This document shows positions 16,205 through 18,738 of a DNA stretch of 18,738 nt, one piece after another (position 1 is the stretch's first letter; each line of letters begins with the position of its first letter). The notes under the pieces were generated by a model. It worked only from the letters and a program-made list of their open reading frames with translations, had not been told where the DNA came from and did no database searches. Source of the stretch: Bdellovibrionota bacterium (GTDB lineage: Bacteria > Bdellovibrionota_C > UBA2361); assembly GCA_044352465.1 (NCBI GenBank), contig JBILDU010000060.1, positions 1 to 18,738 on the forward strand, in the 5' to 3' direction. A program made the translations under genes and the position numbers.

Positions 16205-16636
16205 ATGGCTTATTCACTCGCAGTCCATGTTATCGGGGTTGTTTTTTGGCTTGGTGGGCTTCTGGTGCTGACTCGTCTGTTGAAGATGGTGCTCCTCGAG
16301 GCCTCTTTGGGTGAGGAGTCTCGAAGAGAAGTGGCAAAGATGCTCAAGCGCGGTTATTTCGGGTTCGTTGTGGCCGGCGTGGTGTTAAGTCTTGGAAGTG
16401 GCATTTATCAGTTGCTCGAGCGGGGATTCGGGTACTACATGGCGCAGGGATGGTTCCACGGTAAGCTGACTCTCGTCCTCATCCTGTTGGTTGTCACGGT
16501 CATCTTCGGTGCTCAGGTTAAGGGTGCTGCGGCGGGTCGTGCAGTGAAACCGGGCGTTGTAGGAATGCTCCACGGTATAACGAGTGGTGCGCTTGTGGTG
16601 ATAGCTTTTCTGACGCTCGTTGGTCGGGGTGTCTAG
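16205..16636 (+). CDS. HemJ (protoporphyrinogen oxidase)/CopD-like membrane protein
   Basis: AVHVIGVVFWLGGLLVLTRL and GWFHGKLTLV match HemJ/UPF0093 motifs (H..W..G...L.RL; W.H.KL). Four hydrophobic segments. GAGGAG RBS. Confidence 0.72.
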   Translation: MAYSLAVHVIGVVFWLGGLLVLTRLLKMVLLEASLGEESRREVAKMLKRGYFGFVVAGVVLSLGSGIYQLLERGFGYYMAQGWFHGKLTLVLILLVVTVIFGAQVKGAAAGRAVKPGVVGMLHGITSGALVVIAFLTLVGRGV

Positions 16637-16681
16637 TTAAGAGAGCTGGCGAATTGGGACTGGATAAACGGAGAGCGAGTC

Positions 16682-17608
16682 ATGACTGAGGTAGTTCGAG
16701 AGCGTGGCATATTCAAAGAGTATGTTTTGTGGCTCCTGAAAATGGCCACGGTTATCGCAATCTTCATGTTTGCGATCCCGGCATTTATCGCTGCGGTGAT
16801 GTTTGCGAGCGACCCCAGTCTCGTTGAAGCCCCGCTCGGTGGCAAAAATCACGTTGCGGTGGTTGAGATGACGGGTGCTATCGAGAGCTCGAAAGAGGTT
16901 CTTGAGGAGCTCTACAAGCATGTGAGTGATGATAAGATTAAAGGCATCGTGCTCCGAATCGATTCTCCCGGTGGTGCGGTTGCTCCGTCCCAGGAAATTT
17001 ATAGGGCGGTTGCACGGCTCAAAGAAAAGAAGCCGATAGTTGCCTCCATGGGGTCGCTTGCCGCGTCGGGTGGGCTTTACGCTGCCTTGGGCGCCTCGAA
17101 GGTATACGCCGAGCCCGGAACCATAACCGGCTCGATCGGTGTCATCATGACGGTTCCGAATTTCACCCACATCGCACAGCGATTTGGCTTCGATATGGTC
17201 ACGATCAAAAGTGGTAAGCTCAAAGATATCGGCAACTCCTTTCGGGAGATGACGCCAGAGGAGCGGCAACTACTTGAGAGCCAACTGGCTGAGGTGCATG
17301 GGCAATTCATCGATGCCGTCGCCGAGGGTCGTAAGCTTGAGGTAGAGAAAGTACGGGCCTTTGCGGACGGTCGAGTGATCATGGGCTCGGAGGCGAAGAG
17401 GGTTGGACTTGTCGATGAATACGGTGATGTCTACGACGCAGCTCGGGCGGTATTCGACCTCCGTGGGGAGCCGCTGAAGAGTGACGAAGATCCCAAACTC
17501 ATTTACTCGAAGGATAAGTTTGAAGAATTTCGTGAGCTGCTGAAGACCGCAGCACGCCTCCCGAACCTTCTTTCCGCGACAGCGGAGCTGCGATTCGAGA
17601 TGCGGTGA
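16682..17608 (+). CDS. sppA: Signal peptide peptidase SppA (36K type, S49)
   Basis: N-terminal TM anchor, LRIDSPGG, KPIVASMGSLAASGG, TITGSIGV, IKSGKLKD, ADGRV, GLVDEYG. Confidence 0.95.
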   Translation: MTEVVRERGIFKEYVLWLLKMATVIAIFMFAIPAFIAAVMFASDPSLVEAPLGGKNHVAVVEMTGAIESSKEVLEELYKHVSDDKIKGIVLRIDSPGGAVAPSQEIYRAVARLKEKKPIVASMGSLAASGGLYAALGASKVYAEPGTITGSIGVIMTVPNFTHIAQRFGFDMVTIKSGKLKDIGNSFREMTPEERQLLESQLAEVHGQFIDAVAEGRKLEVEKVRAFADGRVIMGSEAKRVGLVDEYGDVYDAARAVFDLRGEPLKSDEDPKLIYSKDKFEEFRELLKTAARLPNLLSATAELRFEMR

Positions 17609-17979
17609 CGGCGAGCCGTTGCGGTCGTTTTTTCCGCGATGGCTTTAAAAATATTTCCATCGCCGCGGCAACGATTGCCCGTCGAGACCGAATACATTAT
17701 GCCTTTGGAGGTGCGAGGCCTCTTGCACCGCTCATCTCGCGGGGGATATGAGCGTGGCGAGAACGGCTACGCCGACACCGTAGCGCAGGTATCTGGCTTT
17801 GGTCGTAATTACGGCAAACTTAGTCGTGCTGTCACGACGGCGAGCTTAGTCGAGTCGTGACCTTTGGCGCGAGCTCGTCGAAGCCAGCCGAACGGAGCCC
17901 GAGGGTCGACCCGAAAAAAGCGCTGGTACCCCACCTCCGCACTGGCTCTGATATGAAAAGACTTAGAGCCTGCGGGAGT

Positions 17980-18005
17980 CGCCCTGCAGAGGGCGCATTT
18001 TCTTT
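17980..18005 (+). terminator. Terminator-like hairpin just upstream of the 18027 ORF
   Basis: CGCCCT-GCAG-AGGGCG followed by CATTTTCTTT. Confidence 0.45.
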
Positions 18006-18026
18006 CATACATTTAAAAGGTGAACT

Positions 18027-18545
18027 ATGGGATCAGGAAGCATCGTTGCCTCACACAGCCCCGTGTATCAGGTTCGAGGCGCCGAATTCGATGAGCGAGC
18101 GGGCGATCTCTTTTGCCGCGCGAACGCTTTTATGCGTGGACTACCCCCGCGGTCAGCACCAACTAATACGCCAGAGTTCCCGGAAGGTCGGAGTTGGGCG
18201 GCTTTCGAGCGTGCCCGCGTTCAGGTCGGCGCTGTCCTCCAGGCTGCGTGTCGTGACTCTGCTCAGGGTGCGGTTGGGGTCGAGACCGTCAAGGTGATTA
18301 GCGGGTCGGTAGCCGAGGAGATTACTCGCCGTTCGGTGTTGAGCGCTACCGTGGTGGCTCTCGGAGGGGCATTGGTGAGCGGGGGGAGTCTGCTCGCTAT
18401 TGGAGCGGTCGGGGCGTTTGGTTATATGACCCTTCCGACGGTGGCTCGGTGGGCTGCGGAGGAACTCACCGTCTCCGCCGAGAGGCTTGGTAAAGCTACC
18501 GGATCTGAGTTGCGCCGTTGGTTTGATGGGGCACGTGCGCCGTGA
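18027..18545 (+). CDS. Hypothetical protein with a C-terminal Gly/Ala-rich hydrophobic hairpin (172 aa)
   Basis: ATG preceded by AAAAGGTGA. Hydrophobic VLSATVVALGGALVSGGSLLAIGAVGAFGY. No family recognised. Confidence 0.55.
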   Translation: MGSGSIVASHSPVYQVRGAEFDERAGDLFCRANAFMRGLPPRSAPTNTPEFPEGRSWAAFERARVQVGAVLQAACRDSAQGAVGVETVKVISGSVAEEITRRSVLSATVVALGGALVSGGSLLAIGAVGAFGYMTLPTVARWAAEELTVSAERLGKATGSELRRWFDGARAP

Positions 18546-18738
18546 TTATTCGGCATCTCCCGGCAGGCCGTCGGACCTCGGTATAAACCTGGGCTGTCAA
18601 AGAGGGGCCGGGGGGAAAAGGGGGGAGAGCACTTCGAGAAAGCTTCACTCGAATATTCGATAGAAGGTTCCATGCACGGAGCATCTTTTCGAAGATGCTT
18701 TCCCCCGGTCTGACGATGAATTGCCGTTTACGTCTGTC

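Noticed and set aside
16029..16217. N-terminal extension of the 604-aa ORF
   Set aside because: It overlaps the hemJ start and spans the sigma28 promoter and hairpins, so it is more likely non-coding.
15118..17269. Long antisense ORFs (15118-15906, 16637-17269; also 9698-10300)
   Set aside because: Shadow frames of well-supported genes on the opposite strand, as expected in GC-rich DNA.
17811..17892. GGCAAAC...AGCCAGCCG resembling the ends of a c-di-GMP-I (GEMM) riboswitch
   Set aside because: Lacks the GNRA tetraloop P2 and GACGCAAAG core. Kept only as part of an unclassified structured region.
18710..18738. CTGACGA as a hammerhead ribozyme core
   Set aside because: No stem II followed by GAAA is visible, and the bases pair locally with CGTC instead.

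Overview
Bacterial chromosomal window, moderately GC-rich. The gene content suggests a flagellated deltaproteobacterium-like or Bdellovibrionota-like lineage, but this is inference only. It carries a dispersed flagellar locus: the 3' part of one hook gene (flgE-1), a convergent and divergent-looking fliH-fliI (SctL/SctN-like) pair downstream of murJ, a fliK-flgD-flgE-2 operon behind a good sigma54+IHF promoter, and a second FliK-domain gene behind a sigma28-type promoter. Housekeeping genes are interleaved: meaB, two acyl-CoA dehydrogenases, a DUF59 protein, gmhA, a hemJ-like gene, sppA and a small membrane-associated hypothetical. The most notable signals are (1) two hook paralogues plus two ruler-like proteins under different flagellar sigma factors, (2) CsrA/RsmA-type ANGGA hairpins between flgD and flgE-2, (3) the orphan, motif-altered export ATPase pair and (4) several long intergenic spacers packed with stem-loops, including a possible pseudoknot/terminator leader at about 17.93-18.01 kb. 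I saw no mobile elements, CRISPR arrays, tRNA or rRNA.
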